Assembly (NCBI RefSeq): GCF_018350175.1 | Contig: NC_058368.1 | Coordinates: 224,442,001-224,506,000, forward strand | DNA: 64,000 nucleotides | Origin: Felis catus | Lineage: Eukaryota | Direction: 5' to 3' | Part shown: positions 26,421-39,693 of the stretch, one piece after another | Layout: each line of letters starts with the position of its first letter | Position numbering within the stretch: the stretch's first letter is position 1 | Translations under genes and position numbers: made by a program | The notes under the pieces: generated by a model | What the model was told of the DNA's origin: nothing | Databases searched by the model: none | The model's input: only the letters and a program-made list of their open reading frames with translations

Positions 26421-26856
26421 CAAAATTAGAAAATTTAGTGTCAAAGCTTGACATCGATTATGTGGCAGATATTTCCAGGGCTCATCAATATTTTTTCGTA
26501 TATAATATATTTATGTGGAATATAGCCACATCACTGGTTTTAGAAAAAAAGAATGTGAGATGTGAATAATTTTTGTTTTAGCAGTTAATGAATCTTCTCC
26601 TAACTAAAGCAGACATGTTACCTTGAAATGGTTTTGCTGCCTTTGTAAAAATATAAAAACATAATAAAAATTTAATGGCCAGACTGAAAATCTCAACATC
26701 TGTTAGGAAGGAAAACTTCTCGAAAGACAGACCAAATGCACTTAAGCCTGTATATCTGAGTGAAGTGATTAGAAGGAATCAGCATATTCTGTATGCTGTT
26801 TGTTTTTAACAAGCTACTCTGAAGAACATATGATCACAGGCAGGAATTGGCTGTTT

Positions 26857-27077
26857 CTTTTAAATTTATTTTTAATGTTTATTTGTTTATTTTGAGAGAG
26901 AAAGAGTGTGTGCCCAAGCCATGGAGGGGCAGAGAGAGAGGGAGAGAGAGAGGATCTCAAGCAGGCTCTGCAGGGTCAGCGCAGAGCAAGGTGTGGGGTT
27001 CAATCTCAGAAACCATGAGATGACGTGAGCTGAAATCAAGAGTCAAACTCTTAACTGACTGAGCCGCCCAGACACCT
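26857..27077 (-). mobile_element. CAN-SINE (older subfamily, GAAATCAAGAGTC type)
   Basis: Diverged body; imperfect TSD GAATTGGCTGTTTCTT / GAATTGACTGGTTCTT. Confidence 0.92.
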
Positions 27078-27786
27078 TAAGAATTGACTGGTTCTTAAAC
27101 AGTGATCAAATTAAACCTCGATAGAGACCTCAATGTTCAAAGGGCTGGTAACCGGAGAGGATGAGTGCTCCTCAATCCCAATAACAAACAGTAAGCCTAA
27201 AACAGTTTTGAGCAACAAAGGACAGTAAAACTTAGTGGAACAAAGTGTTTCAACCATGAGTCAAAGTGAGATAAAGGGTCTCAAGGTAGCTGCCATTACT
27301 TTGTAAGGAAGGACGCCAAGGGAGTGATAGTGAAAGAAGAGAACCAAAGGAGTGATAGTGACCTTGAGAACAGGGTTTCGGGAAGAAATGTGGATATAGA
27401 AATTTGCATGTGAAATTGTGTGGAAGAAGACACGGAAAGTTTCCACACACTTTTAGGAAACTGTATTGCCTATGAAAATCTTCAAGCGAGGACTAAAATA
27501 AACTTAGGGAATTCAACTATGAAAACAACAACAACAACAACAAAACCCGTGGCCCCCACAAACTTGCCCGGCCAGGAAGCCGGCTGAAAACTGTAAAACT
27601 GTAGGAAAACTATAGCTTTTGTGCAGCCAAAGAGGGTAAAAAATGCAGAAGAGCCCCCTAGGAGAGAAGGTCTAATCAAGGACAAATCCTTTTAGGGAAA
27701 GGAAACTCACAAATGCTCCCTGCAGGCTAGATATCCTTTCTAAAGGGAGTTTTAAACGCAGATGCCCCGTTCAGATTCACATTTTA

Positions 27787-27993
27787 TTTTTTTTTTAATG
27801 TTTATTTTTGAGACAGAGACAGAGCATGAACGGGGGAGGGGCAGAGAGAGAGGGAGACACAGAATCGGAAGCAGGCTCCAGGCTCTCTGAGCCATCAGCC
27901 CAGAGCCCGACGCGGGGCTGGAACTCACAGACCATGAGATCGTGACCTGAGCCGAAGTCGGACGCTTAACCGACTGAGCCACCCAGGCACCCC
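27787..27993 (-). mobile_element. CAN-SINE (SINEC_Fc), young
   Basis: CpG-rich; TSD CAGATTCACATTTTA / CAGATTCATATTTTA. Confidence 0.97.
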
Positions 27994-28489
27994 CAGATTC
28001 ATATTTTACAATAATTGAGTGGAGGAGTCTTTTTGTCTTCTTATTTCACATGTCACCAGGTTTCAAGACAGTAGAGCTTGCTTGATGAATTTTGAGTCCA
28101 AAACATGCAGAAGAATTCTATTTCAACAGATATATTTGTCAAACCCCCTGTTCAGCCTGTGCCTGTAGGTCTCTATATATGCCTATGACAGCAAACCCAC
28201 ATATTCAAAAGAAGGGGATTTCACAGATTGCCATCAACATAGGTCATCTCATGATTTGATGTTCTGGGGTGACTTTGGGAGACACGTGCTGCAGATAAAT
28301 AGAACCTGTCAGATTGGGTTTCTAAGTATACAAGTTGAACAGAGCCATTTTGACCACCAGCTCCATGGTCGTTTGGGTTTTAAATTGACTACTGTATTCA
28401 GCCATAGAGATCTGAAGGTTTATCAGTTATAGCAGCTAAAAATATCTTCCCTAATAAACTTGTTTTAGTATTTTTTATATCCCTATAAA

Positions 28490-28600
28490 AAATATTTTTT
28501 TTTATATTTTTTCTATACCTATATTATTTTCTATACCTATAATATTTTTATATTATTTCTATACCTATATTATATTTTTTCTACCTATATTTTTTCTATA
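28490..28600. repeat. AT-rich minisatellite-like repeat (TTTCTATACCTATA units)
   Basis: Three copies of TTTCTATACCTATA plus degenerate copies. Confidence 0.75.
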
Positions 28601-28708
28601 ATCAATGAATTATTAAAATGGGGCAAGCATTTGTCTAAGGAAGAATTTAGAAATAGTTCGGCCATGTGGGTACTCAAAATCATTATTATGTAAAGACTCA
28701 GAAAGACT

Positions 28709-29023
28709 GGGGAGCCCGGGTGGCTCTGTCCGTTAAGTGTCTGCCTTGGGCTCAGGTCATGATCTCACAGTTCGTGGGCTCAAGCCCAGCATCGGGCTCT
28801 ACACTAACAGTGCAGAGCCTACTTCACTTAATGAGCTAAGCATCTGACTTCGGCTCAGGCCATGATCTCACAATTCATGAGTTTGAGCCCTGCATCAGGA
28901 ACAGTGCTGACAGACAGCTCAGAGCCTGGAGCCTGCTTTGGATTCTGTGTCTCCCTCTCTCTCTGCCCCTCCCCCACTCTCTCTGTCTCTCAAAAATAAA
29001 ATAAACATTAAAAACAAAGTTTA
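28709..29023 (+). mobile_element. Chimeric/dimeric CAN-SINE under a single TSD
   Basis: Tail-less first monomer to ~28825, second monomer from ~28837 lacking its first bases; TSD AAAGACTCAGAAAGACT / AAAGACTCAGAAGGATT. Confidence 0.88.
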
Positions 29024-29109
29024 AAAGACTCAGAAGGATTGGCATTGCAACACACAGAAAAAGCAAAATGTATAATTTTTTTTCTCCCCTAAAATTAAAA
29101 ATGTGTGTG

Positions 29110-29598
29110 CAGACCTCCCTTGACTCATGACAGGGTTACATCCCAATAAACCTATCCCAGTTGAAAATACCGTTAAGGTGAAAATGTATGTAATACACCT
29201 AACCTATGGAACGTCAGAGATCAGCCTGCCCTACCTTAAATGTGCTCAGAACTCTTACATTAACCCACAGCTGGGCAATTTCATCTAACACAAAGCTGAT
29301 TTTATAATAAAGTGTTGACCAAAATGTAATTTATTGACGACTGTACTGAAAGTAAAAAGCAGAATGGCTGTATGGGCACGGATGGTTGTCAATGTATCGG
29401 CTGTTGACCTCATGATCGCATGGCTGACTCAGAGCTGGGGCTGCTGTCCTGTCCCTTCCCAGCATCACGAGGGATGATCACACACCTATCACTAACCAAG
29501 TGCAAAATTCAAAATACGGTTCCTTTTCAGGATGCATTACTTGTGCGCCATCGTCAAATCAAAAATTTGTAAGTTGAGTTATCAGTTAGGGACTGTCT
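29110..29598. mobile_element. MER47/Tigger5-derived TcMar-Tigger MITE
   Basis: GGGTTACATCCCAATAAACC...TAATACACCTAACCTA...CCTACCTTAAATGTGCTCAGAAC...CATCTAACACAAAGC...TTATAATAAAGTGTTGA; terminal inverted-repeat remnants. Confidence 0.85.
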
Positions 29599-29909
29599 TG
29601 ATATTATACTCTGAACAGTGTTCTATTACTGTTCCTTTTATGGAAGAAAAGCACAACTTAAAAATAAGACATTTATTTTTTTCAATGCACTTATTTGTTA
29701 TAAGGATGAGGGGTGACAATATGGGATTTTTTTTTAAATCAACTGAGAATCAGGACGTTATTTACACTAGGGGAATAACACCTCAGATAAATCGGTTCCT
29801 TCCTTAGTTACAACATCATCAATAATCAAATTGCTGTTTAACAAAACTATGTAATTTTTCTAATGACTAGAGAATAGAATTTTGTACGTCAGTCTCTCAA
29901 ATGTTTTTT

Positions 29910-30205
29910 TGTGTTAGTTTCCTGGAGCTGCCAACACAAAATGCCACAAACCGGGTGGCAGTTACAGAGATTTATTGTCTCACGGTTCCAGAGGCTGGGA
30001 GTGCAAAATCAAGGTGTCACCGGGGCCACGCTCCCTCTGGAACCTATAAGAAGTTCTTTTTTGCCTTTTCTTAGCCTCTCATGGTGGCCAGCAATGCAAG
30101 GTGCTCCTTGGCCTGGAGCTGTGGTGCCTCAGTCTCTGCTCCTGTCGCCACATGGCATTCTTCCCGTCTGTGTCTGTCCCCTCCTTACAAGGACCCCAGT
30201 CATCA
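29910..30205. mobile_element. MLT1B/C-like MaLR LTR fragment
   Basis: TGTGTTAGTTTCCTGGAGCTGCC...TTTATTGTCTCACGGTTCCAGAGGCTGG...CTTACAAGGACCCCAGTCAT. Confidence 0.85.
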
Positions 30206-32187
30206 CGTTTTAAGCAATGTTACCTCGTCATCACTAAAACCCTAAAGATAAGGATCCCGTTTAATGGAGAAGCACAGCGAAACCCAGAGAACTACATGAC
30301 TTTACATGCTAATAAGTGAACAGGAAATGAGATCCCTATAACATCCCAACTCTTTTACATTATGTTAACATGAACCACATAATTGCCCTTATTTTTCTTA
30401 AGACTAAATGCAATTAACTCATGGGTCAGTTTTATCACAGTATAACAGTAGTTATCTATTTGCATCCACAGAGATAAATGCATGTGCTAATTTTATTCTC
30501 TACTTCATATTACCTGCTTTATTGGAAAAATACGTTTTTCTGGGAAAACATCGCATGAATCATCTATCTATCTATCTACCTATCATTATTTATTTTACAA
30601 AGAAAGGAATATATATCTTAAGGTAATTGAAGATGCTCAGGGTAATTTGCTAAACCGAATTCTACAGTTTTAAATTTTGATTTTTAAAAGTTTTAGTGCA
30701 ATATAGATACCTTTGTTTCCATTCTAAAAAAAAAAAGTAAAAGAAAGACTGGGCTTAGTAGTTTTACTTCAGGATGTTTCTATTTTATTATAAGTGAAGG
30801 AGAGTTCATTTGTCCCTTTAGATAGTACCTCAGAAGCCATAGAAACCGCCTGTTTATATTACCTCTTCTCTCCTTCCTCTTCATAAACCTTTCCAACGGA
30901 GTGAAGGTACATTTTAGTTTTATTAGGCCATAAAACTTGGTGCAATACATTTCATCCTTTTACGAATTGTCTTGAGAACATTTTAATTGCATTTCATTGT
31001 GCCTTGGTGTCAGATATGTTCTTTTATGACCTACTCTTCAAACCTCACTCATTACTCTTCTCAGTTTCTCTACTAATGAGCAATATTGTATTTCTTAAGA
31101 TCTTTTGTCAGTTCTAACGCTGTAAACTTCCCCGCGCAAGGATTTTTGTTCATGTGCTTGTGTTTAACCACATACTTTTATCTTGCTCTTCAGATTATTT
31201 TCCTAATTCTTCAAGGCATCGCCATCTTTTACTCTGACACATTTCTCCTGTTTATTTTTCCATGCCTGAAAAATGCTTCTACAATCACTCTGGGAAACTT
31301 ATTTTCAAAATAATAATAATAATAATAATAATCCGTATTCATTGGCACAAATTAAAAATTTGCCCAAACTAATTGTATACATTAAAAGGATATAATTCTT
31401 TGGTGGTTGGCATTTTGGACATTTTGTTCTTCCTGACAGAATGCAAATCCAAACAAGCTTCCAAATAATTGGATGTACATGGAATTAGTGTTATTAGGGA
31501 TGGGGGGGCAGTATGATGGTGCATGGGAAAGAACTGGGGCAAATAGACTGTTTGTCAGAAGCCCTGAAAGGTGGTACCTCTTAGATAAAGGAAATTTTCG
31601 GTTATTATTATACAGGATAGGACATTTTAGAGATAATACACAACTAAAGCTATGTTGCTTTTGTTACTGATGCTGTTGTGTTTCCTCTCTCTCTGAACCC
31701 AGCTTATAGAAGTTCCAAGAGATTTCCTTTTATTTACCTACAAAATTGTCTCTATGATTTGGAAGCTGAGACTCCTGGACAGACGTCACAGAGCAGTGAC
31801 TGAAAGACAAAATATCCCCTTGGACCTCAGAAGAGATGTGTAACTCTTCAAACAACGAATGAAGAATCTAGAGCAACGCAGAACACTCTCCCTTCTTCCG
31901 GAACAGCGAGCGATACATATGATGAACATAATTTAGAGTTACTCCGGGAGGAAAACAGAACTCTGGGTCACTCCTCAGATGAGACCTGTATAAGTATCGG
32001 CTATTGATTGTGATCTCTGCAACTGAGGATCCCAGGAGACAAAAAAAACAAAAACAAAAACAAAAACACAGAAGAACTAGACACAAGAGCACATGAACAG
32101 AAGCAAATGAATATGGCTTTAGCTCTGCCTCCCCTGGAAGTGAAGGAGAAAAACTGATAAAACAAACATTGGGATTTAGTGTATGCA

Positions 32188-32389
32188 GGGGCACCTGGAT
32201 GGCTCAGTCGGTTCAGTGTCTGACTTTCAGTTTCGGCACAGATCGTGATCTCACGGTTCATGGGTTCAAGCCCCACGCTGGACTCTTTGCTGACAATGGG
32301 AGCTTGCTTTGGATTCTCTCTCTCTCTCTGCCCCCTCCCACTTATTCTCTCTTGCCCTGTCTCAAAATACATAAATGAACTTGAAAAAA
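32188..32389 (+). mobile_element. CAN-SINE (older type)
   Basis: GGGGCACCTGGATGGCTCAGTCGGTT head, (CT)n. Confidence 0.93.
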
Positions 32390-33299
32390 TGATTGCGTTT
32401 ACTGACGTCATGTATGATCTGTATCTATCCCTAGACCTAGCTTTCTAAGTATATACTCCTATGTATATTAATTTTTCTTAATTTTATGTGTGTCTTAGAA
32501 ATAGTCTTAGAAATGTAGGCAGACAGTGCAGAACGATGACAGAATGAGAGAGAAAGCACAATCGCATGCCCCCCGTGGCCACAGAGCTAGTTGAAGACTG
32601 TACAGGTAGGGGTTAAGCTGCTTCGCTCACCGCTCTGTCTCCTTTAGGTATATTTAACATTCTCTTAAGTGTTACATCTTCTCTCTTTCACATCTCTTGG
32701 GGCGACAAAATGGTTTAATCTAATCGTTGTCCTCTCCTTTTTCTTTTCTACTTACTCGTTAACGAGATTCTATTAAATGTGGAAAGGCTGACCTAAAGAG
32801 ATGATGTAATTTGTATTAAAATTGATTTCAGTTTTCCTGGAAAAAAATCATAACCAAAGTGACCTCTTCCTAGAAAAAAATAATAAAAATGAAAGACCCA
32901 CCCTTGCTTTTATATCTCCTTAATAATATAATGGTGCGTATGCTGGGATTATACCCACAGCTACAATATCCCACAACTACTCCTTCAAAGAAAGTGCTGA
33001 GATTTGTAATTGTTTTTGATTTCTTTTTTGATTTTTTAAGTGTTTGTTGTTCAAGTGGAAGATTCCAAGATAAATACAATTTTGTTGACGTTATTTCTCA
33101 TCTTTAAAAATGTTTCTTGAGAACCGTGATGTAAAGGTATTTTGCTCTATACCATGGTGTTGTAATAAGACAAATAAAACATGAAAGAATTGCAGGCCTT
33201 CAGGTTTAGAATCACTTCATAATTACCAGGAAAGAGTCTTAAAACTAAAACAAAAATAACATGAACACAATTGAATTTTTAAAAAGTTAGACCTATTTC

Positions 33300-33518
33300 G
33301 GGGGCGCCTGGGTGGCTCAGTCGGTTAAGCATCTGACTTCGACTCAAGTCATGATCTCATGATTCGTGACTTCGAGCCCCGTGTTGGGCTCTGTGCTGAC
33401 GGCTCAAAGCCTGGAACCTGCTTCGGATTCTGTCTCTTTCTCTGCCCCTCCCCTGTTTGCACACTGTCTCTCTGTCTCTCAAAAATAAATAAACATAAAA
33501 AAAATTAAAAATAAAAAA
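33300..33518 (+). mobile_element. CAN-SINE with TSD
   Basis: TAGACCTATTTC on both flanks. Confidence 0.96.
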
Positions 33519-33689
33519 TAGACCTATTTCAAGATCTTCTGGTGATTTGATGCGTCACTTGGAATAAATATACCTATGACACTATAGTTTTGCTGTTAAA
33601 ACAGAATCAGAGTTCATGGCATTTCATGTTTAGTTAACTATATAATCTTCCTCTTCAGGTTGTTCAAGAACATAAATTCACTTCTAAAT

Positions 33690-33945
33690 TCATTCAGTTG
33701 AATAATCACACAGGTGGAGAACATCTTCCTTCAGCAATTATTTACTGTATACTATGAACCAGACACTGATTTTAGAGCTGAGGATACTGCCAGGACGAAA
33801 TCCAATCCCCTCCTCTCTTGGACTTCCCCTTCTAAGGCAGAGGAAAGAGATGATAATTATGCAACAAGTGTCTACTGTCAGGTGAAGATAAATGATATAA
33901 GGAATCATAAGACCAAGTACAAAAAAGTAAAATAGAGACAGAGCA

Positions 33946-33992
<47 letters not shown>

Positions 33993-34600
33993 TGTCCAGA
34001 AACAGCACCTCGGGAGAAGTCATATTTGAACAGACAGGTGAATCAGGTGAGCATGTTGGCCATGACCATAATTGGGGAAAAGTGCTCTAGTAGCGGGGAT
34101 AGAAAGTGCAAAGGCCCTGAAGGCCCTGAGACAGGAATATACTGAGTGTGCATTAGGAGCATCAAGTGGCCATCTTGGATTCTCTCCAAAAGCAAAGCAT
34201 GTGGAAAGTGACAGGAGATTAGGTCAGAAGGTGAACATTGGTAAAATCATAAGGATGATACAATTCAGATTAAGGATTTTGACCTTTATTTTGAATTATA
34301 CGAAACTCCACTCAATGCTTTTGAACAGAGAATCTCTCTAGCTGCAGAGGTAAGAACAGACAAAGAAATACCAAAAGAGGAAGCTGGGGGTCAGTCAAAG
34401 GTCATTGCTAAAGTCCAGATGAAGGTTCAGGGTGGCTTAGACTAGAGTTGCAGTGGTAGAGAAGGTAAGAAACTGGTCAGATTTTGTGATTAAACTTAAG
34501 ATAGGGACAACCGAATTCATTGGTGCCTTGGGTGTAGAGTATAAGAGAGACGGAATAGTCAAAGACAACAATTAGCATCTTCTATTTAATAAATTTGAAG
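33690..34600 (-). mobile_element. L2a-like 3' region
   Basis: TATTTACTGTATACTATGAACCAGACACTG...AAGTGCAAAGGCCCTGA...GGTGGCTTAGACTAGAGTTGCAGTGGTAGAG. Confidence 0.8.
33949..33989. repeat. (TA)n microsatellite
   Basis: Directly visible. Confidence 0.95.
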
Positions 34601-37213
34601 GATTAGTGCCTCCTTCATAAATAAAGGATGATGCTTTAATTTCTCTGAAAGAAAACACAAGGAGAAAATTATTATCATATACAAAACTAATATTGAGTAT
34701 GATAAAAACAGATTCTATTACACTGGAAAACTCTTTAAAGTGGAATTGGTAGTTTCACTTTTTTCCTATGATAAGTTTAAATGACTTAGGAGGGAAATAG
34801 ACTATCGGTATCTTTTCACTTCATATGCCACAGGAAAAAAAATACATTGAGAATTCAGGCACATATACAACAATATTGCTTAAAGTGCTGTAAAATTATT
34901 TTGCCAATCAGACAAAATTACCCAACGATTTATAGTCACTGATGGGTAGTTAAATTAAAGCAGAACAGATGCATCATTCTGGAAACATAATCATACATTG
35001 CCTCTTATCCAAAGGATGTATATAATAACTGATAGACCTAATTTGCATAATGAGATGATCTTTAAGATGTACAAGAAAAAATAATTATTTTTGATGATAT
35101 TGGTACCCCAATTCAATTATAAGCCACTTAATTTAGTCATACATACCCATAAGTTTCTAAGAAAATAATGGTGAAAATGAAACGCACCCCCAAATGAGTT
35201 TGAATTCACTATAAAGCATTTGATCTATTGTTTAAAGTTAATTCAACTTAGCATAACCTAAAAGGATGTGGTAGGTGATTGAAACCTATCATTTATCTTT
35301 GCTGAAAATTCTTATGTTATTTTTTTTTTATCATCTATTTCATGCTGCATCATGGCTTTAATGCCTGGTAGTAACTTTATTTCAACACTCTACTCTTTTA
35401 ATAAATAGGACGAACGCCAACTACAAAGAAAGAAACAAGCAAAGTTACAAAACTTATGTTTAACTTCTAGGTGGTGGTATTTTTAAGCAAAATGAAATAA
35501 ATAAAATAAATAAATAAAATCATAGTTACCACTACGTATGCAAATGATTGTATCTTCTGCATCAGTTTTCAAAGTCCAATGTTCTCAAGCATAAAATATC
35601 ACAATACTTTGGTTTCAAACAGCAATGAATTATTTTCGTCCTTTTTATAAAGCAAAATGTCAAGAAGTCACCATTCATATGTCTTAATAGTGCAAATAAT
35701 TGTTCATTATGCACATTAAACTGTGCCATCTGTAAAGCTTAGATCAAGCAAACATGAACTGCTAAATTATGAGAACCACGTCCAATAAAATGATCCAAAA
35801 TTGGCCTAGAATGTGGAGAAAGTTGGCATGACCAGTATATCAATACAGTATATATATACTAAAATTTATTCAGTTTTACCAGTTCTTATCTTTCTTATAA
35901 TAATGGGACACTATATGAGAAAATTACTTTCTTTAATTTCTAATACTATATTTCAATCTTTATAATATTTTCTTATCCTGAATACATTTCTTCATTTAGT
36001 AATTCAAAACAAGCAAACAAAAAACTTGCTGAATGGCAACTTAAGGTCCATCAAAATGTAAGCTCAGGATTTATAATGAAGAGCAAAATAATATTTGTTT
36101 TCTGCCTTATTGGACTCTGGTGGTGATCAATGCCATTTTTCCTATTATTTTAAAGAAGTTCTAAAACTGATCATTAATCACAAGTACTTTGAAGAATCAT
36201 GATTTCCTATGCTAAAACATTTACCAACCATATTAAATAGTCATACAATCAATATGTGTGGAGTAAAATAATTTAATTAATATAAGTGAAGTAAAGGAAA
36301 TGAGTGTATACAAATGTAAGAATTATATTGTGTGAGAAGATTGATACAACTCCAAACATTTGGCAAATTTCATTCTGCTAATATGGAGAAAATTATCCCA
36401 TGAAGTGGTGAGGAAGGAGAGAGAAGTTTATTGGAATTATAAGCACTCCACCCCACGCAGTACTAATGCTGAGTGACGATTCCAGGATATAAGCAAGTTA
36501 CAATAAAAGCACACGAAAGCTGGTCACTCTGCTGTGTAAGATTAATCAGGTTGACAGTGATTTTCAAATCTCCTACTGTCCCCTTAGATGTTTATTTGTT
36601 CTTTCGGATATTGAGAAAGTGTTGAAATTCCAACTATCATTGGGATCATATTTTTTAGATCTTTCAGCTTTTACTTTCATGTTATTAGGAAAACACACAT
36701 TTCTCCTGACGGCTATTATGAATTGATCCTTTTAGCTTTATAAATATCATTTTTATCTTTAGTAACATTTCCTGTCTTGAATTCTACTTTTTTAATTAAC
36801 ATCACTATACCAGTTTTCTTGTCATTTTTGCTTATGCGATATTTATTTTGTATTCATTTACTTGGAACCTGTCTGTGTTCTTTAGATTTACAGTGTGAGC
36901 CTTTTTAACAACACAGAATTAGATCTGTATTTTTTTCATCTGTTCTGAAAAAACTGAGTTTAAATGTAGTGTTATAATATTGAGATTTAATATAATTTTC
37001 AAAATTATGGGGTTTATATCTACTATTTTAGTATTTGCTTTGTTTGTTTTATCTGTCATTTAGTCCCTTTTCCTGACATCTTTTGGACTGGTTGATAATT
37101 CATTAGTATTTCATTTGTTTTTCTTATTGGATTATTAGCTACACTTCTTTCTTTAAATTTGTGGTAGATTATCTCCATTTCCCAATGTGCATTTGAAAAT
37201 ACCACAATCTCCA

Positions 37214-37398
37214 GGGACTCCTGGGTCACTCAGTCGCCCAAGCGCCCCTCTCTTGATTTCAGCTCAGGTCATGTTCTGTTTGTGGAATCGAACCCCACAT
37301 GGGGCTCTGCGCTGTTACTTGGAATTCTCTCTCTCCCTCTCTCTCTGCCCCTTCCTTGCTGTCTGTCTTTCTCAAAATGAATAAATAAACTTAAAAAA
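37214..37398 (+). mobile_element. CAN-SINE (older, diverged)
   Basis: CTCTTGATTTCAGCTCAGGTCATG, (CT)n, AATAAATAAAC tail. Confidence 0.88.
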
Positions 37399-37454
37399 TC
37401 ATAATATATCTCCAAATAATAAGCATCCTCCTATATAACATAAGAAATATCCAG

Positions 37455-37669
37455 GGAAATCTGGGTGGCTCAGTGTGCTAAGCATCCAACTTCAGTTCAG
37501 GTCATAATCTCGTGGTCTGTGAGTTCGAGCCCCGCGTCGGGCTCTGTGCTGACAGCTCAGAGCCTGGAGCTTGCTTCAGATTCTGTGTCTCCCTCTCTCT
37601 CTGCCCTTCCCCCACTTGTGCTCTGTCTCTGTCTCAAAAATAAACATTTAAAAAATAAGTAATAAAAAA
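37455..37669 (+). mobile_element. CAN-SINE with TSD
   Basis: TSD AAGAAATATCCAG at 37442-37454 and 37670-37682. Confidence 0.95.
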
Positions 37670-37959
37670 AAGAAATATCCAGCAATATTCTTTTTAAACC
37701 TCCATACTACATTATAATCATTGTTGCTCTAAGTAATCTTTTAAGGAAATTAGAACAGAAGGAAACAAAAGTCTTTATCATTAATATATATATTTCTCAT
37801 TTTTTGGAGGTCTTTATCCCTGTGGGTAGACTCAGTTTCCCCTAGGATATCAATTACTTGTGCACAGCCGTAACTGCCAATAACATTTCCTTTCCTAGAG
37901 GTATAAGGGAGAATAATTCAGCTATTTACATCTAAAAATGGCTTTAATTCAATTCATTT

Positions 37960-38067
37960 ATTTTTTATTTTTTATTTTATTAAGTAGGCTCCACACCCAA
38001 AATAGGATCTGAACTCACAACCCTGGGATTATCATGTGGTCTACTGACTCAGCCATCCAGGTGCCCC
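37960..38067 (-). mobile_element. Short CAN-SINE variant lacking the CT-rich region
   Basis: TAAGTAGGCTCCACACCC...GAACTCACAACCCTGGGAT...CTACTGACTCAGCCATCCAGGTGCCCC. Confidence 0.85.
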
Positions 38068-38084
38068 TAATTTACCTCATTTTA

Positions 38085-38280
38085 TTTAAAAAAATGTTTT
38101 TTAACGTTTATTTATTTTTGAGACAGAGAGAGACAGAGCATGAACAGGGGAGGGTAAGAGAGAGAGAGGGAGACACAGAATCTGAAACAGGCTCCAGGCT
38201 CTGAGCTGTCAGCACAGAACCCTACGCGGGGCTTGAACTCATGAACCGCGAGATCATGACCTGAGCCACCCAGGCGCCCC
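38085..38280 (-). mobile_element. CAN-SINE with internal head deletion and TSD
   Basis: TSD AATTTACCTCATTTTA at 38069-38084 and 38282-38297. Confidence 0.95.
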
Positions 38281-39551
38281 AAATTTACCTCATTTTAAAA
38301 AAAGATGTTGTAATTGGATATAGAATTCTAGTTGGTGGGGTAATTTTTCAGTGCTTTAAAGATATTCTGCTGTCCTTTAACTCTCATTGTTTTGGATATA
38401 ATATCAATGATCTTTCTGATTCTTTTATGCCTGTGATTTGTCTTTTTTCTCTAATTGCACGTAATGTGTTTTTTATCATTGGTTTTCAGCAGTTTAATTG
38501 AGGAGTGCCTTTCTTACTTACCCTGCCCCACCCTAAGATATGTCAAACTTTTTGGATTTACAGTCTGATAATTTTCATTACATTTGGAAATTGACAAACA
38601 TTTTTGCTTTAAATATACCTTATAACCCCATTTTGATAGTGATATTTGATGTCCTAATTACCTGATTTTAGATCGAATATTGTATTCTATACTTTTTGCC
38701 CTTTTTAAAAACTATTATTCAGTTTCACTTTCTATATTTTTATTGGATGTTTTCAAAATTAATTGACAAATTTCCTTTGTATTGTCTAGTGTGTCAATGA
38801 GTTTATCCAGTGAAATTTTAATTTGGAATACTATATTTTTTAGCTCCATAATTTCCACTTCATTATTTTTTACTTCAGTACTCACCTCATTATGGCCAAG
38901 TTTTATTTTAAATATTATGCGTATTCATAACAGATGGTCTAACGTCCTTATCTACTCATTCCATTATCTCTGTCATTTCTTATTCTTTCCCATGAACTAG
39001 GTATTTCCGTTCCTGGACATCGTGGATTCTTCACTATTGAGCATCTAGATTTGGTATATTTCCTTTAAAAAAAGGTTAAATTTAATTTTAGCAGGAAGTC
39101 CATTTACTTGCGGTCTTTTTAAGACTTGGCTTTTAATTTTTGAAAGGATAAGTTTAAAGTAGATTTTATTGTTTGGTGTGTTTGCAGCCATGACTCAGGT
39201 ATGACTCCTTTCGTGTCATTCTGCTAGATGCCTAAGGTGCTCACAGACATATCTCCATTGTGGTTCTGGGTACTTGACTGTTTCCCAGCCCTATGTACAA
39301 TCTGATAATACTTTATCTTATAACTCCTGGGTAATTATAATTTTCCTGGCCTAATGGAATTTATCCTATGCCTATGAAGCTTAAAATTCAAACAAAGACT
39401 TAAGGCCACCAGTCCAGATATGGGCAACTTTTTCTCCATATAAATTCCCCCTTTCTAGGATTCCGTCATGAATCACTGTGCTCTGTTTGCGTGTTTTCCT
39501 CACCACTTGTGCTCAGTTATGGAAAACATATTCAGGCACAAAGCCAAACAA

Positions 39552-39645
39552 GTGAATGAATAGCATCTCCCCAAACTTCATACCCACCATTGTCTTAGTC
39601 TGCTCAGGTTTCTATAACAAAATATTACAGGCCAGGTGGCTTAAA

Positions 39646-39693
<48 letters not shown>

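Larger units (their letters stand above)
36540..39545 (-). mobile_element. Degraded L1M (endonuclease/ORF1/5' region) with four SINE insertions
   Basis: GAGAAAGTGTTGAAATTCCAACTATCATTG; TTGGATATAGAATTCTAGTTGG; TTATCCAGTGAAATTTTAATTT. Confidence 0.7.

Noticed and set aside
28490..28600. Regularly repeated unit considered as a CRISPR-like or functional array
   Set aside because: Low-complexity AT-rich slippage repeat without unique spacers, in a eukaryotic context
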